Shown here piece by piece: positions 37,369 to 49,111 of a DNA stretch of 64,000 nucleotides. The position numbers were made by a program, and so were the translations under genes. Location of the stretch: contig ML996701.1 in NCBI GenBank assembly GCA_010356995.1, forward strand, positions 426,963-490,962, in the 5' to 3' direction. Positions within the stretch are counted from its first letter, which is position 1, and each line of letters begins with the position of its first letter. Source of the stretch: Trichodelitschia bisporula. Lineage: Eukaryota. Under the pieces are notes generated by a model. That model was not told the origin of the DNA, did no database searches, and saw nothing but the letters and a program-made list of their open reading frames with translations.

Positions 37369-37782
37369 TGTGGTGTCTGGGTGAAGTTGAACCGGTGGAG
37401 GTGTGAATGGATCTGAGTAGAAATGGGTGTGGTGGGTGAGTGTGCATGTTGGATGTGGGGATGAGGTTGTGGGTTGGATGGTTGATGTAAACATTTCGGG
37501 TCGCGCAGAAGGGGTTTATACTCCACGACATGTGACGCTGGGGACCCGTGAGCACAGGCCCCTTGGGAACTTGAAGGGAAAACATGACCGGGATGGGTTT
37601 GACAGTTGCCGCTGTCTAATGCAGTATAAGAAGAGACAACAGCGAGCGAATCCCTAGATGGCGAGAGAGAGCGGTCGAAGTCCAGTATCCCTACCGCGTC
37701 ACCCTCCACATCCGCTCTGCTCAACGCCCTCCCCCAAAAGCGCTGGACAGTCAACATCCCAAGCCTCTTTTCCTCTGCTCCA

Positions 37783-39546
37783 TTACATCCTAAACACACC
37801 AAACCTCGTCTCCTCCCCGCCTGTATCCGCCGCCACCCTCAACCCCAACGCAAGCACCCTCCTCGAATCCGTCGGCAGTATGACCCCATCATCCCACAAC
37901 CTCGCCGACCCATAAAGCACCTCACTCTCTCTCTCAATCCTCTCCTTAAGTCCTTCCCCCCCCTTCCCCACACTCGCCATCACCGCCTCCAACTGCTCAG
38001 CCCCCATAACACTCGTCCTTGCATTCGGCCACGTCCACAAAAACCGCGGCGAATAGGCTCTTCCACACATACCGTAGTTCCCAGCACCGGCACTCGCCCC
38101 AATCACAAGCGTCAGCTTCGGCACCGCCGCACACGCCACCGCTGTAACAAGCTGCGCGCCGTGCTTCGCGATACCAGCATTCTCCGCCGCGCGACCCACC
38201 ATGAAGCCAGCGATGTTTTGCAGGAATAGGAGGGGTATTTTGCGCTGCGCGGCGAGTTGGATGAAGTGTGCGGCTTTGAGGGCGGAGGGGGAGAGGATGG
38301 GCCCGTTGGAAGCGAGGATTGCGACGGGGAGGTTGTGGATGCGCGCGAAGCCTGCCCGCGTCAGTTGGGTCTATGAAAAAAGGGGGGACGTACCTGTGAC
38401 AATCGTCTGTCCGAAGTCCGGCTTGAATTCAGCGAATTCGCTCCCGTCGACGAGACGCGCGATGACCTCGTGCGCGGGGATCTGCCGCCGCAAGTTCGTG
38501 CCTACGATACCGGCTAGCTCGGCGGGGTCGTAGAGCGGTTCTTTCCAGCTCGCGGGTGCGGCTTGGTCGGTTGGGATTGAGACGGCAGCGTTCCGGGGCC
38601 AGTTGTAGTTGGAGATGGAGCGGCGGGCTAGGACGATGGCGTGTGCTTCGTCGACCGCCATGTAGTCACCCACACCCGACACGCTCGTGTGCATTGCCGC
38701 GCCACCCAGGTCCTCAGCGTCTACGACTTCGCCCGTTGCGGCTTTGACCAGCGGTGGCCCGGCGAGGAAGATATGCCCCGTCTTCTCGACGATGATGTTC
38801 TCGTCGCTCATAGCGGGGACGTACGCACCGCCCGCGGTACACGGCCCCATGACGATAGACAGCTGCGGAATGCGGGCTGCGCTCATCGTGGCCTGGTTGT
38901 AGAAGATGCGGCCGAAGTTATTAACGTCCGGGAAGACATCAGCCTGGTGCGCGAGATTTGCGCCGCCGCTGTCCACGAGGTAAATGCACGGCAGGCGATT
39001 CTGCCTCGCGATCTCCTGCGCCCGCAGATGCTTTTTCACTGTGATGGGGTAGTATGTCCCGCCCTTAACCGTGCTATCGTTCGCAACAATCATGCTCGTG
39101 ACACCGCTGACCGTGCCTATCCCCGTAATGATCCCGCCACCGGGGACGTCCTCGCCGGGATACAGCTCGTGGCCGGCCAGAGGGGAGAGCTCAAGAAACG
39201 GCGTGCCGGGATCTATCAACGCTGTGATGCGGCTGCACGATTAGCTTCCTCCATGGTGGCAGGACGCAACCACTTACTCCCGCGGCAGTATCTTCCCCCG
39301 CGCACGATGCTTCTCCCGCGCCTTCTCCGAACCACCCTGTGCAGCCGCACGCCGCAGCTCCGTGACGCGCGCGCAGGCTGCCCGCATTTGTGCATCATTG
39401 TGCTTGAATTCTGCGCTCGAGGTGTCGATCTTCGAGCGGAGGATGGAGACTTGTGAAGCGTGGTGCGAGTGCGTGTGTGAGGCTATGTGCCGGCGGGGGG
39501 GTAAGCGGCGGTTAAGGATCCGGATTGAGAGTCGGGGAGGAGACAT
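37783..39546 (-). CDS. mccB: 3-methylcrotonyl-CoA carboxylase beta (carboxyltransferase) subunit; 3 exons
   Basis: Arg-rich mitochondrial-type leader; [67 protein letters not shown] end; introns 39233-39277 and 38352-38393. Confidence 0.93.
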
Positions 39547-40196
39547 TGTGGGTGGTGGTTGTCGTGATGGTCGGTTGTTGAGGTTAGTGATGTTTGCTGG
39601 TTCGCGTCTTATGCGGGGAGGAATGGCCGATGATAGCCGTGGGACCTGGGGAAGGCCCTGGAGACAGGGCTTCTCCACATTGTGGCTGGTGCTTACAGGA
39701 GGGGGCGTCAACGTCATCGTTGCTGCATAAAAAAGATATCACGGTTTATCTGGCGCTCGTAGCATTAAGGCGCTTCATCGAGCAATTGTGTATGGATTAC
39801 TGGCTAGTCGAGTGAGATATCAAGAAGGGGGAGTCGCGATGTGTTGACAGAAGACAGACACCGGGCGGTACTGAGTTGACCGGCTTGGACTGCTGATGTC
39901 AGAAGGTTAATTGTAAGGTTACTGGAGGAATAATCCTTTGGAGCTTGCTGTGCCCTTCGTTGCCACGCTTCAGGTCCATTGATGGCATACCGTATAGCAA
40001 AGGTCTTGGATAGAATAATACTGAAGTAATCCGTAGCACTCAGAGATTTGAATGAGGTGGGGCACAACGACTTGATACGTCCCGCTCAATTACCGAAGCT
40101 ACCCGCCCCAAGGTCGCACCCGGGAATGTGGCGCTCGCTGACCACGACCGTTGTTTATGAAGTCCACAACCCCACAAAATGAAGTAGAACAGCTCA

Positions 40197-41582
40197 ATGG
40201 CGACCTCCACCCTCGTCCCCCGTCTCCTCGCGCGCTCCATCCGCCAAACATGCCGACAGACCTATCTCCCCCGCACCGCCACCCGCGCCGCCTCCTCCAT
40301 CCACCCCAAAGGCTTCACCCCACCCACCAACGATGAGCTCTTCGAGCTACGAGAGCAAGTCTCAGACTTCACACGTAACGCCGCCCTCCCCCCCAATCCA
40401 CCCTCTAACCACGCCGCAGGCCGCGAAATCCCCCCCTCCGTCGCCCACGCCACAGACCTGAACAACGACTTCCCCACCCCAATGTGGGGGAAGCTCGGGT
40501 CCGCGGGCTTCCTCGGCGTGACCGCGGACGAGGAATACGGCGGGCTGGGCATGGGCTACCAAGCGCACTGCGTGGTGATGGAGGAGCTGAGTCGTGCGTC
40601 CGGCAGCATCGGGCTTAGTTACGCTGCGCACTCGCAGCTGTGCGTCAATCAGCTCATGCTCCACGGCACACCGGAGCAGAAAGCCGCGTTTCTGCCTGAG
40701 CTTATTAGTGGGGAGTTGGTGGGTGCGCTGGCTATGACCGAGGCGCAGGCCGGCTCGGACGTGCTCTCCATGCGCACCAAGGCGACGAAGGTGAAAGGGG
40801 GGTGGGAGCTCAGCGGGGCGAAGCTGTGGATTACGAACGGGCCCGACGCGCATCTCGTCATCGTGTACGCGAAAACGGACCCCGGGGCGCGGAAAATCAC
40901 CGCCTTTATCGTGGACACCAGCGCGCCGGGCTTCAGCGTGACCCGCAAACTCGACAAACTCGGCATGCGCGGCTCAAACACCGGCGAGCTGGCCTTCGAC
41001 TCCGTCTTCGTGCCCGACGACCGCGTCCTCGGTGAGATAAACGGCGGGACCAAGGTCCTGATGAAGGGCCTCGATCTCGAGCGCCTGGTCCTCTCCGCCG
41101 GACCCCTGGGCCTCATGCGCGGCGCCTTCGACGTCGCACTCCCGTACGTGCACTCGCGGACGCAGTTCGGCGACCCCATCGGGCATTTTCAGCTCGTGCA
41201 GGGCAAGCTCGCAGACATGTACACGGCTTACCAGCGCTCCGCGGCGCTGACCTACGCGCTGGCCGCGGCGGTGGACACCGGATCCGCGGCGCACTTTGCG
41301 CGGCCTGAGAGCCTATTCCCTCCGCCCGCAGACGTTACGCCCGCGCATGACGCGCGGGTGCGGAGTCAGGACTGTGCGGCGGCTATATTGGGGGCAGCGG
41401 AGAGTGCGACGCGCGTGGCGATGGATGCTGTTCAATTATTGGGTGGAATGGGGTATTCGAGTGAGATGGCGGTGGGGCGGATTATGAGGGATGCGAAGCT
41501 GTATGAGATTGGGGCGGGGACGTCGGAGGTGAGGAGGGTTATTATTGGGAGGGCTTTGAATCGGTTGTATGTTGATGTTTGA
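40197..41582 (+). CDS. ivdA: Isovaleryl-CoA dehydrogenase, mitochondrial; 2 exons
   Basis: SRASGSIGLSYAAHSQLCVNQ, KLWITNGPDA, KLDKLGMRGSNTGEL, GLDLERLVLSAGPLG, RDAKLYEIGAGTSEVRR; in-frame intron 40375-40419; divergent from mccB. Confidence 0.93.
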   Translation: MATSTLVPRLLARSIRQTCRQTYLPRTATRAASSIHPKGFTPPTNDELFELREQVSDFTRNAALPPNPPSNHAAGREIPPSVAHATDLNNDFPTPMWGKLGSAGFLGVTADEEYGGLGMGYQAHCVVMEELSRASGSIGLSYAAHSQLCVNQLMLHGTPEQKAAFLPELISGELVGALAMTEAQAGSDVLSMRTKATKVKGGWELSGAKLWITNGPDAHLVIVYAKTDPGARKITAFIVDTSAPGFSVTRKLDKLGMRGSNTGELAFDSVFVPDDRVLGEINGGTKVLMKGLDLERLVLSAGPLGLMRGAFDVALPYVHSRTQFGDPIGHFQLVQGKLADMYTAYQRSAALTYALAAAVDTGSAAHFARPESLFPPPADVTPAHDARVRSQDCAAAILGAAESATRVAMDAVQLLGGMGYSSEMAVGRIMRDAKLYEIGAGTSEVRRVIIGRALNRLYVDV

Positions 41583-41715
41583 AGGCTATAATGACAACTT
41601 TGTTTGCTGGGAAACCCGGGGGCTTGGGCCACCTACCGCAAAGGGAAATCGATGCCAAGGAATGGATCACTCACTGAAGGTGGACACTCCACGCATGCAA
41701 ACGATACCATTCCTT

Positions 41716-41791
41716 AACATCAACATCATGCCTCAACATCAACATCACTCCTCAACCATCAACATCATTCCTCAACATCAACATCATGCCT
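41716..41791 (+). repeat. 19-nt minisatellite x4 (AACATCAACATCANNCCTC)
   Basis: Four consecutive near-identical units just downstream of ivdA. Confidence 0.8.
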
Positions 41792-42122
41792 ATATACAGC
41801 ACTCAAAAACATGATTCACTGACTGCCCAAGGCTCCTGCTTCCAAGCTCCTGGTCCTGGGAAAGGCCCTGCTCGACAGCATGCTGGACGAACTGCTGGAC
41901 CTTAAGTGTCATAGGAGGATACCATCTCTCCCATATCAAATGGCCACATGCCCTGTATGGGTCACGTGACTCGATAAGCTTGATGCTGATGCCTGCAATT
42001 CCAGCCCTGGCTGGACTTGCAGGGTGAGGGCTTGGCGCTGGCCTGTGCGCTAGCACCCCCAGCTCCCCCACACTCCACATTCATACGCGACACCCTTACA
42101 TAGTTCCTCAAGCTTTCAATGA

Positions 42123-42584
42123 ATGTTATTCCACAACCAATGCTGTGCAACCAGTGATTTGTGCGCCCCTGACATTAAGGATCGCCAGTCGGTCCTTGAA
42201 GTGGACTTCGCCAAGGTCATGCAGGATCTCAAGAAGCTCAGACGGGATCTCAACAAGCTGAGACGGGAGCAAGAAAACTTCAGACGGGAGAAGGGAAAGC
42301 TCCTGTTTCGCATACGCCAGAAGTGCAATGAAAAGGTCAAGCTCGCCAGGGCCCTGGCCACCCTTAAGAAGCGCGTAGACGGACTCAAGCATGATATCCC
42401 GACGCTCCACCGCACTACTGAGCAGTGTACGCACGAGGCTGAGCGTGTGATCAAAACGTTCATGGAGGCGAAGGGCAGGTCGGATATCGGAAACAGTGCG
42501 GAAGAATTGAGTGGTGGTACGGAAATGGCGGGGAGTGACGGTGGTGATAACTGTCATCGGCGGTACCACCATCGCCGGTGGTAA
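42123..42584 (+). CDS. Possible small coiled-coil hypothetical protein or gene remnant
   Basis: 153-aa ORF with 21-nt/heptad repeats (KKLRRDL NKLRREQ ENFRREK); no other support. Confidence 0.35.
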   Translation: MLFHNQCCATSDLCAPDIKDRQSVLEVDFAKVMQDLKKLRRDLNKLRREQENFRREKGKLLFRIRQKCNEKVKLARALATLKKRVDGLKHDIPTLHRTTEQCTHEAERVIKTFMEAKGRSDIGNSAEELSGGTEMAGSDGGDNCHRRYHHRRW

Positions 42585-45180
42585 ACAGACGGGCTAAGAT
42601 CGGGAAGGCGACGTCCAGACGAGCTAGGAATACCAGTGTTCAGCAAACCATTTGAGCCGACCTGACCGTTCAAGCGATCGATGTCTAGGTTAACCTTACT
42701 CAGTGCTCCAATCCATAGCAATCTGATTAAAGCGCTTGATCCCGAACTGCGACCCTCATTCTTGCCCTTGTGAAACAATCTCCAACGCGACAGCTTCTGA
42801 GCCGCGCTCGATCAGTCAGTGGTCCAAGGGTCTGCAATGGCGCTGATAGATTTCGTAGAGCTGATGGCGTAGACAGTGTTGTGCTGATAGAGCTCATCGT
42901 GCACAGCAGACAGCTACGAGTACTCGGCTATCGTTCCCGGAGCCGTTGGAATTTTGGTCGGCGCTCCCTCTTGCTCGAACCGAAGCTTCTCCCCAGCGTA
43001 GGACCAAACCCCGTGCAGAGCCAGCGAGCGGCTCGAGAAGTACACGTATATCATGCCTGGCCGATCGTCTTCCGCCGTTATGAAAGTGCAAGCCAGTGGG
43101 GTGACAGGCAGGGCGGCATCTTTCGCATCGACAACAGGCCAGTCTATTTATTGTGAGCCAGTGCGATGTCGAGAGATGGCTACGTACCATTGCCTGTGCG
43201 ACAGTTGTACAGGGCGATCAGCCCGCACTTCTGCTGGTACATCACCCAGCAGTCTCGGCCGTCAAAACATGCTGCCAATAACGTATTCTCAGCCGGGATA
43301 TCCTTCATTACCATGGCTGATGCCGTAGACGAGTGCGTAAGTGGGAGTTCGCATATCTTAGTATTGCTTGCAGGGCTGTCTTTGCTAATCGAGACACACT
43401 AGGTTGGTTAAAAACGCCGCCGGCAACCACTCACGAAGGATTGTACAACCAAGCCTTATCATTGCCATATCCGCAGGCGGCAATGGCTCCGTTCGAGGAT
43501 TTAAAGCCCCGGTAGAAAGTGGGGCCGGGTTTGAGCATGGCAATGCAGTCGGCATGTGCTCCATCCCCGCCCTGGATGCCAAAGACGCTTTCCTGAACAC
43601 ATTCAGCCGCAGATTGCATCTGAATACGTGGATGTGCATACATAGCCCGATAAAATCACTGAAGCTAGAGCCGACGGTCTCCGCAGACACACGGTCTTAG
43701 GTCTACATCCATTAACTGCTGGAGCCCAACGCTGCCGATCACAAAGGTTCCATCGGGCCGTTGGACCCCCCACTGGCCCCGATTGCTCCCCCTCGCTTCC
43801 ACTTAGTTGCTGAAGTGGCATGTTTTCTTCCAACAATTTCTCTTCTGTCGCAGTGTCTGGCCGTCCAAAGAAGAGAAGATCACAACTCTCCTCTCTTTTT
43901 CCCTCTCTGGTCCTTGCAACCTGAACCAGGAAGTGAAGAGCGCTGTAATGGCTGCCATGTCTGAGTCAGCAGGCATGTCTTCTAAAAGATAGTCCATAAC
44001 AATGGGGTCTGATGAACAGTGATGAGAGGAGAGCCTTCTCTAAATATGCCTATGGCTATACGGCACGCCAAAGCTGAACGCGAACTTCTCGGCCTGCATC
44101 CGCGGGACGCCAACGAAGCTGAAAGCTGCGGTCTCGAGCTCGGGCTGGGAAAATCCCGTTTCGTCGCCTTGCATATGCAGTTCCAGCCTGTGGCTCCCAT
44201 CAGTCGGCTGGATTTGAGTACAACTGAGTGACGATGATGGCTAACACATGTAGTTCTAGCTCAGCTGACTGTGCCATTTTCGCTGACCACGGCCTAGCCG
44301 TCAGGGTCATATGTCCTTCACCGCTTACAGGCTCAACTTCCGTCGTCAACTTTGTTGAGCTGGAGCATGTTTTGGCAGTGCGCAAAGTTCGGCCTGCAAA
44401 ATGCGTCATGAAACCAGATGAGAGCTCCAGGGCTGATTAAGTACGTCAAAGATGTGAGGGCTTCTCAAGAAGCCGAAAAGCATCAGGAATGACCCTGCAG
44501 TTTGCATTTTCATGTCATGACTCCCAAAGTCCTGTCGTCGTCAGGTTGCGACGACAACCTGTCTTGGCGTACATGCCTGGATGTCTCAGGCCTTATGGTC
44601 CGACCACTCTACTCAACCTCACCACATCCAACGTATGCTTGATGACATTTTCTCTTGATTCACCCGTTTGTGGTTCGTATATGTCGATAATTCCGACGCC
44701 TTCAACGAATAGAGCTTCACTTGACCGGAAACTGGCATCCAATCTCCCTTATTGTCAGCAGCTTGCCTTACGACACTGACATCATATGACGTTTCGCTCG
44801 AGCTCAGCGATACCTCGTATCATTCTGACTTCTCCTACCCTCGAAGGAATTATTGATCTAGTTTTGGCCGGGCGAACCGTGCTTATTTCTTGCTAGTACC
44901 TGGAGGCACTGGCCAGCTTGCAATGTCCACCGACTCTCCATGCACCATGCCAGCCAACTCTCTGGACAATCCACTGGAGGTACGATATCTCAGCACCAGG
45001 ACGTGGACTACGGGATCTACAGTGGCTCACCTCCGCTGACGGCAAGTTATCTTCACGGAATGTCTGTCGAAAAGCACGATCCCACTCCTCTATTCCTCAA
45101 AATCTACCCCGCATCCCAGGTCTACCCTTTCGTCTCAACTGGAAAGAGATCGGATCTCGACTGGGAGTCATCATCGAACA

Positions 45181-45274
45181 TCCGGTATGGTCTAGTGGCT
45201 AGGATCACCCGCTCTCATCTAGAAGAGTTAGCTTCGGCGCCGGGTAGGCCCGGGTTCGATTCCCGGTACCGGAA
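45181..45274 (+). tRNA. tRNA-Glu(CTC) with 22-nt intron
   Basis: Acceptor TCCGGTA/TACCGGA; D-arm GTCTAGTGGCTAGGAT; anticodon stem ACCCG/CGGGT with CTC at 45214-45216; intron 45218-45239 after position 37; T-arm CCGGG-TTCGATT-CCCGG; T-run terminator ~45282-45289. Confidence 0.95.
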
Positions 45275-46816
45275 GATGATCTTCTTTTTGTCTTATTGCA
45301 GCCTTATTGCAGTCTCGAGGCTATGCGAAGAGGCTGAAGATCTCCAGAAGTCTTCCTTCATGTCGTCTCATCACAGATCTCAGACTTCTGATTTTTGGAC
45401 TGGCCGCACATAATACCCCGGAAACCCCGCGTTGCACCAGTTCTCAGAGCTGAGTCCCCACTTTCAGGCCAAAAGGCATTCAGCCTCGCACGGACCCAAA
45501 CTCTTTGGACCTGATACGACAACATATGCTGTCATGATCAGTAGTTTTAGAACAAGATGCTCCTTCCGGATTCGCAATCCTTTTCCTTTTTCCATCATCC
45601 TTACTGCGGAGACGGTACAACTCTTTCAGTGTTAATGAAAAGGGAATGAATACTGGCCAACTTTTACCGCTGCTGATAAACTCTCAGAAAGGCCTGACCA
45701 AGACCTCCCGATATCTCCTTCATCATGTTGATGAGCCCCAGTAACGTTTTCTGAGCAGTTCCAAGGGGCTTGTGACGCCTTTCAGTCTCGAAGGGGGGAA
45801 CCGGCCGAGTCAACCAGTCGTTGTGAGGTCCGAGGATGCGTGGAGGGTATGCTGCAAATCGCGAACATTCAGGGTAGCCACGGGGCGCAAGGAGTAGTGC
45901 CATGCCCATTGCTTTGTGTGGCGTGTATACGCTCACAACCGGCAGATACCATTGCACCGATAAGCTTAAAGTTTGAATGCTCTGGGGGCTTCTTTGATCT
46001 GGTTATCCCTCAAAATAGAAACAGATGGAGCGTCCGCACTCCGTTTGTTTCCGCGAACCTTATCTCGGCTTCACAGCCGTGCTCAACCTCACCCAGGGGA
46101 ACAACAAACGACTTCTGTTTACTTTACCTTGATGGCAGACCTTCTAGCCTCCGCTCTCGTTCGTCCTCAGTTCTTCTATCCTCTCCTTGATAGGGCGTAC
46201 TAGTAGTGCCCTGCATCCTGGGAGCTTCTCCGCAGTACGTCTGTAGTTTCGCAGCGCTGGAGAGCCACCAGTCAAGCGTCGGATCGCTCGCCCACTTTTC
46301 ATGTGAGTAGCCTGTAACATGCTCTCCTTTTTTTCTTATCCAGCCACTATTCGAATCCCTTCGGTCCCCTTTCCCCACGATTTGCCCTCACGCGTAGGAT
46401 CTGCCATGTGGCTTCCCCGAGCGACGTCCCTTGCATCGGCGAGCGGCGAGCTCCTACAACCCCCAACATGGATGTGGTCCGTGCGTACAGCCACAAGGCA
46501 GCCCGCATGAGCGCCATCCCACTTCACTCAGGCTGCAAACGAATTCTATCCCCACGGCACCCACGCGGCGGCTCTGATGCCCGGATCCGGACGACATGCC
46601 GTTGTGCGAAACGACTACGCATACACCTGCAACAATGCTCTCTCTAAGGAGCCTTACCTCTTCTGCTTTTTCCGGATATCGCTGGATGATATCGAACCTG
46701 GCTCGCCACTCCTGGCGTTCATGTGGCTACAAGATGAGAAAAGTGCTAATATGTCTACCAAGCCAGTCTGTTGTGCTTCATCGCATTCCAGCCCGCGGTG
46801 AACGTTGATCGTCAAG

Positions 46817-47858
46817 ATGGCCATAGAGTCTCCGACACCGAAGCAGCTCTTGGTTGAGTCTATCATCTGGTTCTCAATAGGTATGGGACTCGAATAATGC
46901 GGGGGCGCTCTAACATCCGCAGGACTCGTGTTGTTCATTGGGCGGTTATGCTCACGCCGGTTACTGAAGGGCTCCTGGAAAAATCTCGGGTTGGACGATG
47001 GCCTGATGGTGCTCACTTTCGTCTTTTACACTGTGCTCCTTATTCTCCTCCAATTGGCAATTCGCCATGGGACCAACCAGATGCAACCGCACGAGATCCC
47101 AGCTGTGCTCGCCGATCCCGCGAAAATCCGTGATCGCATTTACGGCAGCAAAGTCATCGTGGGTTCGAACCAAGCGTACCTGCTGACGCTCTGGGGGACA
47201 AAATCGTGCATGCTGGCGCTGTAGTAAGTGCGTCGGGGGGAGTCGAGGCGAGACTGACCGGTCTAGCTACCGGATGACGGCAAACACGTCCGCGCAAACC
47301 GTCGTCAAGTTCGTCATGGGGTATACGATTCTCTGGTTCTTGATCATTGAAATCACATACCTCACAATATGCCGGCCCTTCTCGCAGTACTGGGCCATCA
47401 TCCCCAGCAACCCGCAGTGCTACAACTACAACATCGGCTGCATCCTCGTCACCGTCGGCAACGTCAGCTCAGACTTGCTCATGCTGGGCATCCCCATCCC
47501 CTTCGTCCTCCACAGCCAGCTCCCCCCTATGAAGCAGGCCGCGCTGGTGGGCACCTTTTCCCTCGGGCTCTTCGTCATTGTCGCTGCCGTGCTCGGCAAA
47601 GCGTACAATTTTGCGCTGCCCAAGGTCACGATTTTCTTGCTCTGGGATGTGCGCGAAACGAGCACGGCTGTTTTCGTGGCTAATCTGATATGCCTGTGGC
47701 CGCTCGCACGCAAGCTCTTCGGCTGGCGCAGTTTCCTCCGCGGCACGAGCGGTCGGCAAACGGGCCTTTCGGGCGGGAAGGCGGACGACGGACACATCCA
47801 GATGAACCACCGGGATGGATATGGGGATTTGGCGTCGGTGGAGGACGGGCGCGTTTAG
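46817..47858 (+). CDS. PTH11-like / fungal rhodopsin-domain integral membrane protein (no CFEM); 3 exons
   Basis: Introns ~46881-46922 and ~47224-47266; GLDDGLM, WGTKSCMLALY, CRPFSQYWA, NVSSDLLMLGIPIP, FSLGLFVIVAA, RETSTAVFVANL. Confidence 0.88.
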
Positions 47859-47984
47859 TTAACCGAGTAGTGATTGCTGTATGATGGGATGTAGGCTAGG
47901 CGGCGTTGTCTGTTGGCGGCATGATATTAGAGTCAGGGTTGGAGACGGCTTGTTTAGGGTAATCCAGCCTCCCAGAGACATGCT

Positions 47985-48525
47985 TCAATCAGCGTTTTTA
48001 CGCCTTGCTTCACATAGAACCTCGAAGGGATGGAAGCCGTCCCGTTGGTGAACCAAATCCCGCATCGGTGCAAACAAAGTCATCCCACTTCTCCCGCCTG
48101 GCTCCGCACACTCCTTCAGCTCCTTCCAATGCATCCAACCCCAACCCTCACACTTGTCTGGCTCGAGGGTCTGCGGCTGGCTACCACCGATCACTAAACA
48201 GCCCATCATGATGGTGACGTAATGCTTCCCCTCAAACACACTGTTGACGGCGGTCAAATAGATGAACTTCGATTCGTCGACCTTTATCCCTGTTTCTTCA
48301 AGCAGTTCCCGCGCGGCACAATGCTCAAACGTCTCTCCAAACTCCAGGTGACCGCCAGGGAGGGCATAGGTGCCTATATAATTAGTGAGTGGTTAGATGT
48401 TGGAGGGATGGGAGGAGGATACCAGCGCCGTGACTGCCTTTTCGCTTGCCAATGATGAACTCCTCCCCGCCGTGGATGAGGAAGTTTTGGAAGGCGAAAA
48501 CACCAATACCGACGCGGACGGACAT
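47985..48525 (-). CDS. Nudix hydrolase, NUDT15/MTH2-like; 2 exons
   Basis: MSVRVGIGVF...GKRKGSHGA|GTYALPGGHLEFGETFEHCAARELLEETG (Nudix box), KHYVTI, EPDKCEGWGW; intron 48374-48422. Confidence 0.9.
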
Positions 48526-49111
48526 GGCGAGCGGGTTGGGGAGAGACACTTGCAAAGTTTTTCTGGGTAAAGCTGAGAGGAGTTAGTTGGTATACGCAGG
48601 TCCGTCGGTCTGACAGCCTCTTCTGCCATTGCGATAGGCTGCCTCGTGGACTCGGCCTGCAGTAAAGCGGGGCCAACGCTTACCTCGCTATGATCGTATT
48701 TCACTGAAGCTTCAGTGCAAAGGATCTGCGCTTTCTTTCCGTATGCTCGGCCCTCATCGTGAGTCTGGAGCCGGGAATGGAGTATCTTCATGTATCACGT
48801 GAGATGAATATCTCGGAGGAGAGGTTTGAACAGCAGCCGTCAATGGACAACATACTGTACCATGACTGTGATCTTTAGACATTTAGTTAGGAGAGCAGGT
48901 AGATGTACATCTCGGACGTCATCAGTCACATGATATGCTGTCTTCGTCGAGCACCAAGCAGAGCTTGTAACTGGACCTCGGCAGAGCCTCCGAACACTTC
49001 CAACCTCACCCCCACCATCCACCCCACCATGGCCTCCACAAACCGTCCCAACTCCCCCCAGACCCATAATCCCGACCCGCCCTCCCAGAAACCACCACCG
49101 TAGCGATCAAA

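Larger units (their letters stand above)
34414..37577 (-). promoter_or_regulatory. Six copies of a conserved promoter cassette (TATA + AGCRTCAC + CYTYAAR box), one upstream of each micro-gene
   Basis: + strand GTGAYGCT at 34432, 34922, 35394, 36169, 37019, 37532, lying 11 nt from the TATA element in four of six copies; YTTRAARG at 34477, 34966, 35439, 36213, 37064, 37570. Confidence 0.75.
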
